Below, one piece after another: positions 50,431-62,253 of a stretch of DNA of 64,000 nt. Source of the stretch: Octopus bimaculoides (Eukaryota). The DNA is taken from assembly GCF_001194135.2 (NCBI RefSeq), contig NC_068988.1, forward strand, positions 74,378,819 through 74,442,818, read 5' to 3'. Below the pieces are notes generated by a model. It was not told where the DNA came from, ran no database searches, and saw nothing but the letters and a program-made list of their open reading frames with translations. The translations under genes were made by a program, and so were the position numbers. Numbering within the stretch: position 1 is the first letter of the stretch; every line of letters begins with the position of its first letter.

Positions 50431-51483
50431 ATAAATGATAAATGCCTGCCTAGTTGTCTGTCTCTATTTTTCTCTGCCCTTCTTTGTCTGCCTGTTGTCT
50501 CTTTTCCTTTTATTTCTTCGCCTTAATCTCGCCTTCTCTGTCCTTTTTCTTTCTCTTTTATTTCCTTCTCTCCCTCTTACACACTTTTTCATTCCCTCAT
50601 TTTCTCTGTCAATGCTCTCCTATCTGTCTTTTTCGTACACCTCTTTCTTCCTCTCACTTCACCCTTCTGTACTCTTCTAAATCTCTACATTATAATACCG
50701 TAGATCGATCCCCCCCCACTTTCCTTTATTGGTTTTCTTTCACAGTCCTCTCTCTCTCATCTCCTGCTATACCAAAATATTTCAATACAATAAATCTTCT
50801 CTCTTATCTTCTCTTTCTCCATCATATTTTATACATTTCTCTTACTTTCCCCTCTCTATATCTAAATATATCTTTCTCTCTCACCTCTTCCCTCACTTCT
50901 TTTTACTCTTTCTAATTACCATTATCTTCCTCACCTTAGTCATTTTCTCTGTCTATCCCTCTTACCCTGCCTCTACTTTCTTTCACTTCTCCTTTTTTAC
51001 TTCTCTATTTGCCATTTCCCTTTTTTTTTTATTCAATGCATCTTCATCTCCATTTCTCTCTCCCTGTTTCTACGTTTTACTGCTTACTCTCTCTCACTCA
51101 ATTTTCTCAACTTTTTCCGCTCCGAATCACTCTTGTTCTCCCTCAGTTTCATTACCCTCATATTCTCCCTCCCTCTCCCTCTTTCTCTCTCAGTCTCTCA
51201 CTCTTTCTCTTCCTTTCCCCGCCCCGTCTCACTCTTACTCCCTCTATTTTCATTTCTCCCGCTTCCTAAACCAATCTGTGTTATTTTCTCTTTTTCTTCT
51301 CCGTTTCCTCCTTTCACTTTTCACCTCTTTACTATCTTTCTCTGCCTTACTCCCCTTTCTCTCCTCTCTGTCTGTCTGGCTCTCTTCTTAATACTGCACC
51401 ACTGCCTTCCTCCTCCCCCTCCTCATTTCCCACTACAACTGCCCCACCGATTCTTCTGTCGCTAGGATTTTACTGTCAAACCT
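50430..51483 (+). promoter_or_regulatory. pyrimidine-rich, CpG-retaining putative promoter and non-coding first exon
   Basis: ~1-kb CT tract, locally frequent CpG, ending at aaacct|GTGAGT (donor at 51484); no ATG in 51400-51483. Confidence 0.35.
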
Positions 51484-51614
51484 GTGAGTTTCTCTTTTTC
51501 CATTTCTACATCGTCTCACCTGATTTTGTTTCGGTTTGCATTGAACAAATATATTGTCTTTCGTTTCTAATCAAATGATAACTACTTGTTAAACAAAATA
51601 TAATAATCCTTTCT

Positions 51615-51730
51615 GCTACAGGCACAAGACATGAAATTTTCGGGAAGGGACTAGTCGATTACATCGATCCCAGTACTCAACTGGTACTTCATTTTATCTG
51701 AAGAGATGAAAATCAAAGTTGACATCGGCG

Positions 51731-51735
<5 letters not shown>
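51615..51735 (-). mobile_element. SINE family B fragment
   Basis: tagtcgattacatcgatcccagtactcaactggtact matches the family B core. Confidence 0.8.
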
Positions 51736-51761
<26 letters not shown>

Positions 51762-52805
51762 CCTATTGTATACACGGCTAATTTGATACCTTAAAAGCAC
51801 CATTCACGCATACGTCGCAGGATGTGTGTGAGGGATGTACAGCTACATACACGCGCATAATGTCGTTGTCACCTATCCTCTGGGGTCAGAAATGATTGTC
51901 CATCAGATATAACTTCTGCGGATCTACATTTAGTTATGTTAGGCCAGTGCATGGTTCACAAGTTCAGTGACGAATACAGGACCCCGCGAGATGTGCTGTT
52001 TTGGTCACCCCACACCATCTTCTCACATTTAATGTATTAATTATTTGATTTGTTTTGTGTCCAAAGTGTTAACTTCATCACCAATCATCCTGTCTCTTCT
52101 TATGTTTGTTATATTCGCCAATAATTCCCACTCGTATATATTGATGCCACCCTTTTACAAATATAACCCTTTAGATACATCTTTTAATCTCTCCTTCTGT
52201 CTCCCTTACATGTGCTTTCATTCATTTAGCTGGGAGTAGTTTAACCAGTTGTTAAGCCACTGAGGGCATGGCACATAGACTTGAAGGCCAACCCAACGAT
52301 GTTGTTTAATCTTGCTTTTCTATGCAGCAAATGTGGCTTTACTCAAGCTAACAATCTGCTCTTTTTTGTTCTGCCCCTGGATGTCCATGAATTTTCTCCA
52401 AACATGTCTAATGATATATCGCCAGATTTTGGACATGTCACCTGTAACAGGTCCAGGTGTCAGAGACTGAATACGACTGCCGTTCATACTCCGTACATTT
52501 AGTTATCCCGTATTACCGTCTGTATACACCCGCCGCTCAGAGTGTGCGTGCGTGTATGTATATATATATATGATGTGAATAATTTATGACATATAATGAT
52601 GGCAATGATTCTGTCTTGTTGCCATCCCTTTTCATTTATTATGCCCATTGAAAAGCCATAATTAAAGCAACACCTTCACCTCATCTCATTTTTTGTTTCC
52701 ATTTATGTTGATGTAAAAGTGCAAGAGATACATCTATGTATGTGTCTATGTTTCTGTGTGTCCTTATGTGTTGATATATGTATGGTATATGTGTGTCACC
52801 GTTTA

Positions 52806-52865
<60 letters not shown>

Positions 52866-53917
52866 TGCATATATAAGTATATATGTACTTGTGCATAGTT
52901 TGTGGCATGTGTGTGTGTGTGTGTCAGTTACATAAACGACTTTGTTTCCATGACGTATACGCCCCCTACCCATCATACACACACACACACATTCACTGCT
53001 CCATCTATTTAAATGTAGAGAATGAATTATATGAAATACATTGGGGGTATTGACGAGGACCTGGTACTTAGATTTGTAATACCCCAATGATGACAATTGA
53101 GCCTGTTGTTTCCTTCTGCTATCAACATCATCGCTGATAGCAGATTCATGTTATCCATCATAAGAAGTAGACATTGCAGCTTGACTCTACTCAGCTGCCT
53201 TCATCAAATCTAATGAATGCATGCATATAAATAAATGTATATATATANNNNNNNNNNNNNNNNNNNNNNNNNNNNNNNNNNNNNNNNNNNNNNNNNNNNN
53301 NNNNNNNNNNNNNNNNNNNNNNNNNNNNNNNNNNNNNNNNNNNNNNNNNNNNNNNNNNNNNNNNNNNNNNNNNNNNNNNNNNNNNNNNNNNNNNNNNNNN
53401 NNNNNNNNNNNNNNNNNNNNNNNNNNNNNNNNNNNNNNNNNNNNNNNNNNNNNNNNNNNNNNNNNNNNNNTGTGTGTGTGTGTGTGTGTGTGTATAATCA
53501 GCGATTACTTGGTAAACAGTGCCGAATTTTACAATCTGTAAATAATAATAATATTTTATAAGCTTAAAGCTTATGAACGATCACCGCGCATTGATTAAGG
53601 TAAATAGTCTGATATTGAGGTATTTAAGCCCTCGACGGAAAAAAGTAGGGTTTGCTGTACGCATGTATATATATGAATGTATATGTATGTATGTGTGTAC
53701 GCATATACACACATGTATTTGTAAACACATACAGATATTTTTAGCAGTTTTTATATCGAAAATTATTACGGCTATCACTGGAAGAAATAGTTAAATGCTA
53801 TAAGAGACAACACTGCAGCAACAGCAGCAGCAGTATAAGAACTCATGAGTCACTAGTTTACACTTCAGTACCTTATCCACTTGATCACTGTTTTGCACTC
53901 CCCACACACTTATTATA

Positions 53918-53956
<39 letters not shown>

Positions 53957-54392
53957 CTGTAAATCTGTGTACACAAGCCTGTATAGAAATGTAGACAAGT
54001 GTTTCTCAACTTATTTTCTGTATTCCACACCCGCTTTACTGGTTCACCCCTGAGTTACCCCATCCATCCTTACATATGGTAAGAAACATGTCAACTTGTA
54101 TAAAGCACTGTAATAATCGTTTCTTTATTGGCCTCCAGGACTGTTATAATAATGTTCATTTGTAACCAACTTTATGTTAATTAAACATAGATGTCATTGA
54201 AATCAACTTTAAAGGGATTAAATCTAGCAAAAGACAGTGAATAATTTTTCTGTTTTCCCCACTTAAATTCTTCCCTTCGCCCCCACCTCTGCAGGGAAAT
54301 TTTTCCCTGGCTAGGAATTTTAAAAGTAGAGGAAAACATAGAAATAACAAAACATCGTAATATATATATTAAAAATAGGAAAGGCTGGTTTA

Positions 54393-54455
54393 TGGGATTA
54401 CCTTAGGTTTCCTGTCCATAAAGGGTTTAGTTTTATGGCGTATCGTCAGATCCCA
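54393..54455 (-). ncRNA. type I hammerhead ribozyme motif with intact catalytic core (PLE terminal repeat)
   Basis: TGGGAT-CTGACGA-tacgCCATAAA actaaaccc TTTATGGacag-GAAA-CC taa GG-TA-ATCCCA. Confidence 0.7.
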
Positions 54456-54515
54456 AAACCCGTATGCTACTTCTTTTGGATTTATGTTTTCTATAAACAA
54501 TATATAAATAGACAC

Positions 54516-54892
54516 AGATGTGGTAAGTAACTTGCTTACCAACCACATAGTTCAGTCCCGGTGCATGGCACCTTGGGCAAGAGTCTTCTACTAATAGCCT
54601 CAGGCCGACCAAAGCCTAGTGAGTGGATTTGGTAGATGGAAACTGAAAGAAGCCCATCGTATATATATGTATATGTGTGTGTGTGTGTGTATGTGTGTTT
54701 GTCCCCACATCATTGCTTGGCAACTGATGTTCATATGTTTATGTCCCCGTAACTTAGCGGTTTGGCAGAAAAGACCAATAGAATAAGTACTAGGCTTACA
54801 AAGAATAAGTTCTGAGGTTCATTTGTTCAACTGAAGGCAGTGCTCTAGCATGGCCGCAGTCAAATGACTGAAACAAATAAAAGAATAAAAGA
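54516..54892 (+). mobile_element. SINE family A, full length
   Basis: gtggtaagtaacttgcttaccaaccacatagttcagtccc..aaatgactgaaacaaataaaaga. Confidence 0.9.
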
Positions 54893-54895
54893 ATA

Positions 54896-54949
<54 letters not shown>

Positions 54950-54961
54950 TATATATATATC

Positions 54962-55295
54962 TCATCATCATCATCATCATCGTTTAACGTCCGCTTTCCA
55001 TGCTAGCATGGGTTAGATGATTTGACTGAGGACTGGTGAACTGGATGGCTCCACCAGGCTCCAATCTGATCTGGCAGAGTTTCTACAGCTAGATGCCCTT
55101 CCTAACGCCAACCACTCCAAGAGTGTAGTGGGTGCTTTTATGTGCCACCGGCACGAGGGCCAGTCAAGCGGTACTGGCAATGGCCACACTCAAAATGGTG
55201 TTTTTTACATTCCACCTGCACAGGAGCCAGTCCAGCGGTACTGGCAACGACCTTGCTCGAATGTTTTCTAATGTGCCACCAGCACAGCGACCCCA
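54962..55295 (-). mobile_element. RTE-tail short retroposon
   Basis: Reverse complement of 18020-18331. Confidence 0.9.
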
Positions 55296-56746
55296 AAAAA
55301 CTGATATTGCCAGTTGGCATTATTAGGCTGTAGCCGGCATTATAAAATAGGAGCTTTTGTATGCATATTCAAAGTGTTTCCGTGTAAATGAACTTAAAGG
55401 ATATGTGTGTGAGTGTGTGTATGTGTGACAAATACACAAACATATGGTGGCATAATAAAGTGTTGAGTATTGTTACTGTGGCCCTAAAACAACCATACAG
55501 CAGAATCAATACAATGGGAATCAAAGCCAATTTGATGTTTACCACAAAGAAAGTGAGAAATGACAAACAAAGAGAAACTGAGATCTAGACTTGTGTGTAG
55601 TGCTAATGACTGGAAGGTACAGTGAAATCTAAAGGAAGTGTTCATGTTTCCACGTCATATAATAGTAACAGCACCTTGATTTTATAGGCTGGTTTGACTG
55701 AGAAAATGTCCACATTGTTAAGCTGACATTACTTTAAAAAGATTATATGGAGTGGCTACATAAAAAGACTTTGAGAATTATGTGAAGCAGGAGGACAGCA
55801 GTGTACAGGCTACCAATTGATATGTAATACATGCATGATTGATCAGGCACTATTTTGTGTATGAATCTTAATACCTGCACTAGCTAGATTGATTTTTATT
55901 GGTTCAGACATATCATGGGGTCAAATATGCCTGGAAACTCAAACTGTTGTTATTACTAACCAAGACATATGACCCTTGTTAAAGTACAGCAACTTAGTAA
56001 TATTAGTTCAACATTTTCACTTGGATTTGAGTTTGTGGACCTTAGATTATCAGGAATTTGGAAGATATCCAAAAGGAATTTTTTCCAGTGATAATATGAT
56101 AATAGTTTGAATCAACATTAAATACCACGAACTGTTTTAATATCTACAACTTTTCAGTTAGGCATAATCTACTGTTTTGAAATTATTTGAAGAATGGTTT
56201 AGATTTGTTGATGATACTTCACTAATAAACATTGACATAGAGTACATACAAATCCAAAGTACCTGACTTTCCAGACTAACTGGGACATTAATTTATAGTT
56301 TTCCTTGGCCCTTTGTCTGAATAAATGTAGATGATGGTAATAACAACTTTTGAAAGTTATCATAGTAATTTCCATTCAGTCCCGTCTGATTGACCTTAAC
56401 ATTGTAGGTATTAATGAGATTATTTAAATTTGTATATCAGTATGAAATGTTTTATGAGAGATAGAAAGTTTCTAGTTCTGTATATGTCCACACATGTTGA
56501 AAATTGATTTAAACCAGGTTACCATCTTTCTAATTTTTCTGGGATTTATAAGTGATGTTCTTTGCAAACTGGCCTTTTACTATAATCACTTTGTGCATAC
56601 AGACCATTGTAGAAGAGTTTGATTCTGTTAAAAATATCCTTAGCAATGGCTTAGAGACTTAACTGATTAGAACTTCAGGAATTTTAAGTATGGGTGGGTT
56701 GGTTAGAATTTTTGTGTGTGAGTGCGCATGCATACACACACACACG

Positions 56747-56823
<77 letters not shown>

Positions 56824-57143
56824 TCTGTACCCATATTGTTTTCTGCAGGGGTAGTATTTGTCCCTGTGAATAAATCTAGCTCTATGTCCAAGTATCATTA
56901 AGTTAGTGCTAATAATGTTTAAATGAAACTGCTTGATTATTCCTATTCCTTTCTAAATTAATCTATGGTATAAAAATTTATGGTGTTTAAGATTACTAAG
57001 TCATCATCACTGCCCAGTATGGAACTATGCAGTGTGTTGTGCTTTCTATAGGTTAATAAAACAATCCTACAGGATGGAATATACACCATACTTCAATGTG
57101 TCTACAAGCTATGCTTAAAACTGAAAGGTCCCGATATTAAAAC

Positions 57144-57320
57144 ATCCAGTGATATCACTGTACTGGATAGCTGAGATATTATCAGGTTATCATCACTGGA
57201 AAAAAAATCCTTTTGAACAATTTCCAAATACCTGAGAATCCAGAACCTACTAACTCAAATATGAGGCAAACAAATTCTATCGATACAGAGCAGCCACTCT
57301 TTGACAATAATGTAATGTCT
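57144..57320 (+). repeat. 177-bp direct repeat, copy 1 (copy 2 at 61172-61347)
   Basis: 7 substitutions and 1 indel between the copies by manual alignment. Confidence 0.95.
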
Positions 57321-60300
57321 AGAGCAGACTTATTTATGACAAAAAGTGAGTCAACATGGCCAACATACCTTGTCTTGCACCCGACTGTGCCACGAGTTGA
57401 CCTGCAAACACTCTAGTGGAGGTACTGGCCTGCCTCATCGATCTTCATAGCGCCACTGCCCATCAGACGGCTGTGCAACTGGCCACCCCTGTGAAAGTCT
57501 CACCTGAGAAGGTCCACTGCTCCGTCATCTCTGTAGCTGGAACTAGGGAGGAGTGGACTTACTTTGAGCAGAGATGGTTAGGCTATAAACAAGCCACTTG
57601 TCTTACGGGTAACAATGTTGTCTTGCAGCTTCTTGAATCTTGCGATGAGACCCTCCAAAAACATCTCACATGGACGTTTGGTGTGCTGGCCTCCAGCAAT
57701 GAATGAACAATCCTCAGTCACATTAAGTCCCTGGCTGTCCACAAAGAAAATGTTATGGTTGCTCATGTGCAGCTACAACAGATGCACCAGGACTGGGATG
57801 AACCCATCAGGGCCTTCAATGTGTGTCTTCAAGCGCAGGCAGGTGTCTGCAACTTCAAGGTGGAATGCCCCTCAAAGGCCTGCCATGCCATGATTTATTA
57901 CAGCGATGTCATAGTTCTCAATGCTCTCGTATGTGAGTTGAAGGACAAGGAGATCCACCTTGATATCCTGAGTGACTCCAAGCAGACATTACCCTGAAAG
58001 AAGCCCTGAGGTATGTTGAAGCAAAAGAAAGTGGAAAATGCTCAGCCAGCCGGCTCATGGGCCACAGCACCATCTCAACCATTGCAGCCTTCAGCTCATA
58101 TAGGCTCCAGGAGTGGTACCACCTGGTCAAAAAATCCAGTGACCCCTGTGATACATCTGCCCCTACCTCCTGCAGTCACTGTGGAAAACATGGCTACAGA
58201 CGTCATGTACAGGAACGCATGAGGAAATGCCCCACCTACAACCACAAGTACACTATGTATGACATCCTGCACCACTATGAGAGTGTCTGCAGCCAACAAC
58301 ACCATCCCCAGTGACAGGCTCAAACCAACACAGCTGACACAGAAGACTGCACATCTTCAATATTCAACTGCATATGCTTTGTGGTTGACCTCCCTGACAA
58401 ATCCTCCACCCAGACAATAATTTTTGACCACCATGTGTATAATGAACTCTGCAATCCCTGGGTGAAATGCCCTTCTGACCCCCATCTCTTCATCACTACA
58501 TTCACCCAAGCCAACCCAGCTGATGCGAAGACATTGGGTTTCCTCACTTCTTTTTTCACAACTGACTGTAGCTATCCATCACACTGCTATGGCAGACCCT
58601 AGATGTCAGTCATGCCTGGCTGGGGCAAGTCTCCTATCCAAACTGGACCTGGACTAGCACCACCTTATACTGGTCAACATGAAAATGACTGCTGCTAACA
58701 GCAGCTCCATAGATATCATCAGTGCCCTGATCCTAGGCATATCTGGGACTGCCCCATCCTCTGCAAAGTGCATGACCTGTCAAATCGTCTACATCAATCC
58801 TTCAATTGACAAACTTTTCCTCTCCAAGCAAGCCTGTGTCACCCTCAGAATGATTCCTCCCCACTCCCCCATGATTGGAGAAAGCTGTGGGAATGTTGGC
58901 ATACCGCTGGAAACATCTCTTGCAACAAAGACTCAGAATGTATGCGGCTGCTCCCTGCGACAAATACCATCCCCTCCTCCCACTTCACTACTCTTCCCAG
59001 CCACTGAGGAGAACTGTGGTTGCCTGGAGAAGTGGCTGTTAGAATACTACAGCTCCAGCACATTCAATGTCTGTGAACATCAGCAACTCCCCAGGATATC
59101 TGATCTACCAATCCGCTTAATGGTGGACCCCAATGCTAAGCCAGTTGCCCACCATATGCCCATACCAGTCCCAATTCATTGGCAAGAGAAAGTGAAAGTA
59201 GGTCTTGACTATGTCGTTCAACTTGGAATTATTGAGCTTGTCTCCTTTGGTACACCTGTCACCCGGAAGAAGTCTGGAAAACCTTGATGGACTGTTGATC
59301 TTCAGCCCCTCAACTGACACACAATCCACAAGATGCATCACACTCAATCCTCGTTCCACCAAGCCCACTCCATACTGGCTCACACCTGAAAAACTGTCTT
59401 TGATGTTTGGAGTGGCTACTGCAGAATTGCCCTTGATGAGAGGGACTGCCCCCTAACCACCTTCATCATGCCCTGGGGCCGCTTCTGCTATTGCGTTGCA
59501 CCACAGGAATATTTCGCTTCAGGGGAGGCTACAGCCGACGGTTCGACAAAATTGTCTCAAGCACCTCCCAGAAAATGAAGTGCATTGACGACACTTAGAT
59601 GTGGTTGAATACCATTGAGGAAGCATTCTTTCGGGCAGTCCAATGGCTTGACATCTGCAGTTTCAGCGGCATCATTCTGAATCCCACTAAGTTCAACTTT
59701 GCCCAAACTACTGTCGAATTTGCAGTGTGACCCTGCACCGGATATCTCAAGGCAATCTGTGACTTTTCCACCCCTACAAATATCACTGACATCTGCAGCT
59801 GGTTTGGGCTGATCAACCAAGTCCCCTATGCGTTTACTTCTGCTGAACGAATGTTGCCATTCTGGGAATTCCTGAAACCAGGTACTTGGTTTGTATGGAC
59901 AGACCAGCTGAATAGGCTCTTTGAGGAATCCAAATCAATCATCATCAACGAGATCCAAAGAGGTGTGGAGATCTTCGACAAAACCAGGCCAACTTGCCTT
60001 GCCACTGATTGGAGCATACTTATTTTTGTCATAAATAAGCCTGACAGCTCTTTGCTTCAATCTACATAAATAAAATGTTAGTGAAAGCAATAACGTGTTG
60101 GTGTAGGCTGTCCGACAGTGTGGTGTGAGACAGTGTCAGCTGCTGCATGGTGAGTGCTTGGTACAGAAACGATGCTGAAGTTATACCATAGGGCTTTCTT
60201 CTTTCAGCTTGTGCAATTGAGAGTCCTGGATGCTGTCCAGGCAGCAATCACCAAATACTTTCAAGAGATGTTTGTGGTCAACTGCGACAATGAGATTTAT

Positions 60301-61166
60301 TCAAGAGTTTATTCAGCTAGTCTGTCCATACAAACCAAGCGCTTGACTGTGAGAGTGCCATTCGATTGCAGGCTGAGCAGCGTTCCCACATTTCAATAAT
60401 GGCTGGGGTCATGCCCAGCCAGAAGAAGGATGTCTCTGTTCTGAAACATATTTGTGTCATGCCCTGATGCAGCTGATCCTCCATCCAGCAATCACCCTAT
60501 TTGTTGCTCCGCCAGACTGGCAAAGACTAACACAAAAGTCTGACACACAACTGAAACATTGTCCCATGATCATCATACCATCAATATTAACTGTCTCTCA
60601 CACTAATTATTCCATTTTCTTTAACCATTTATTACAATTTATCAGTCTTCTTCGCTTTCCTCCAAAGACTTGGGGAAGGCATAGAGGATTACAACTAAAC
60701 ACACATGTATTATCATTAATTACATTACATTCAATTTGCCATATATTATTCATTTCAGGTACACATTTCAGATATACTGAAGACCCTTTTTGTCATAAAT
60801 ATGTCTGACAACTCTTTGCTTCAATCTACATAAATAAAGTGTTGATGAAAGCAAAGAGTTGTCAGACTGTGGTGTATGCGTGCGAGTAGATGTAATCGCC
60901 TTTCCTCGGTTTTCCTTTCATCGACTGCGAGTCTGTCTTGCGGTATCCAATCCTTGAAGCTTGCCCCGACCCAAAGAACACTAGGAATAGCAGCTGCTTC
61001 TCCCAAACCTAGACCGTCGCTTAGCACGTCTTCTCCCGACCACGACCCCGTTCGAAAAGGGCACGAATTTCGATCGAGGCTCCCTCTGCCCTTCTTCCTC
61101 TTCCGGTCAGCTCGCCCTTCCGGTCAGCCTCCCCAATCACTGACGTCATACCACACAGACTTATTT
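57321..61166 (+). mobile_element. rearranged Gypsy/Ty3 LTR retrotransposon (gag-PR-RT-partial RNase H; inverted pol pieces; integrase tail, PPT, split LTR)
   Basis: EWTYFEQRW.GYKQAT.L.G..LQLLE.CDE, KENVMVAHVQLQQMHQDWDEPIRAF, CSHCGKHG zinc knuckle, decayed ADTG protease site, TVDLQPLN, FIMPWGRF, KCIDD, CLATDWS; PPT ggggaagg at 60672-60679. Confidence 0.92.
60868..61155 (-). mobile_element. young solo LTR (288 bp), 5-bp TSD CAGAC, nested in the Gypsy LTR
   Basis: cagac|TGTGGT...ACCACA|cagac; CpG-rich; strand inferred from CRE/CCAAT/ETS motifs clustered at the right end. Confidence 0.88.
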
Positions 61167-61171
61167 TTAAA

Positions 61172-61347
61172 ATCCAGTGATATCACTAAACTGGATAACT
61201 GCGATATTATCAGGTTATCATCACTGGAAAAAAATCCTTTTGAACAATTTCCAAATACCTGAGAATCCAGACCCTACTAACTCAAATATGAAGCAAACAA
61301 ATTCCATCGATACAGAGCAGCCACTCTTTGACAATAATGTAATGTCT
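61172..61347 (+). repeat. 176-bp direct repeat, copy 2
   Basis: Matches 57144-57320. Confidence 0.95.
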
Positions 61348-62120
61348 GGACCAGGTGTCCTTCCTTATTCCATAGCAAAAATGACATCTTGAATCTCCAA
61401 TATTTTAGCCAAATCACCTTCCTGATAAATGAAATTGAATATGAAAGTGACTATTAATCCTTATCCTGTTTCACCTCATATTTTCAACATCTCAGTAATA
61501 TCCCTGACAATTCAGTTACTTTCCTTACCTTAATATCTTTAATCACAATTTGACTGCATAGTTGTCAACTTCAACAGCTAGTCCTTCTGTTGGATCTACT
61601 TGGAGTTGAACCTCTGGTTTTCATGTATTCTCATTTGCTAACCTCTTGTAATATTTCTAAACTGTATTATTGACAACAAGTGAATTATATACACTTTTCT
61701 GTGAACACTTTTTTTCCGGTAAAGCTTTGATTAGGACATGATACAATCTAGAACACCCACATCTCTGATCTTACTCTCAGTTTCTTGGTAGGTTTACCAA
61801 AGACCTGATTTCTCTTCTAAATGATGTTGTTCTTTATTTCCCCCTTTTTTCTTACCCTACCAGGCCTGTCACTTAGCTTTTATGTCTCAGTACTATTCCA
61901 CCTCTATATCACTTTCCACCTGGTTAGGACTTTGCTCCATTTATAGATTTGGTCTATGATTTACAGTAGATTTCTCCTTGAAACTCTCATTGTCCTCTGT
62001 GTCTTAAATCTTTATTTCTTTCTCATCCCCATACACATCAACTACTACATTTCTGAACTGTTGTCTTTCAAAGGAATAATTCAGCTTCCATACCTTCCTA
62101 TTTCACATTGTGTCTCTGAG

Positions 62121-62253
62121 TCCATCTAGTTCTTTTTTCTAAGGTCACTGGTCATCCATCTAGTTCTTTTTTCTAAGGTCACTGGTCATCCATCTAGTTT
62201 TTTTCTAAGGTCACTGGTCATCCATCTAGTTCTTTTTCTAAGGTCACTGGTCA
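62121..62253 (+). repeat. recent minisatellite, 4 x 32-34 bp
   Basis: tccatctagttc(t)nctaaggtcactggtca; units differ only in the T-rich tract. Confidence 0.95.

Noticed and set aside
50729-51465. 220-aa and neighbouring Leu/Ser/Phe-rich ORFs
   Set aside because: Produced by the CT-rich tract, where stop codons are compositionally rare.
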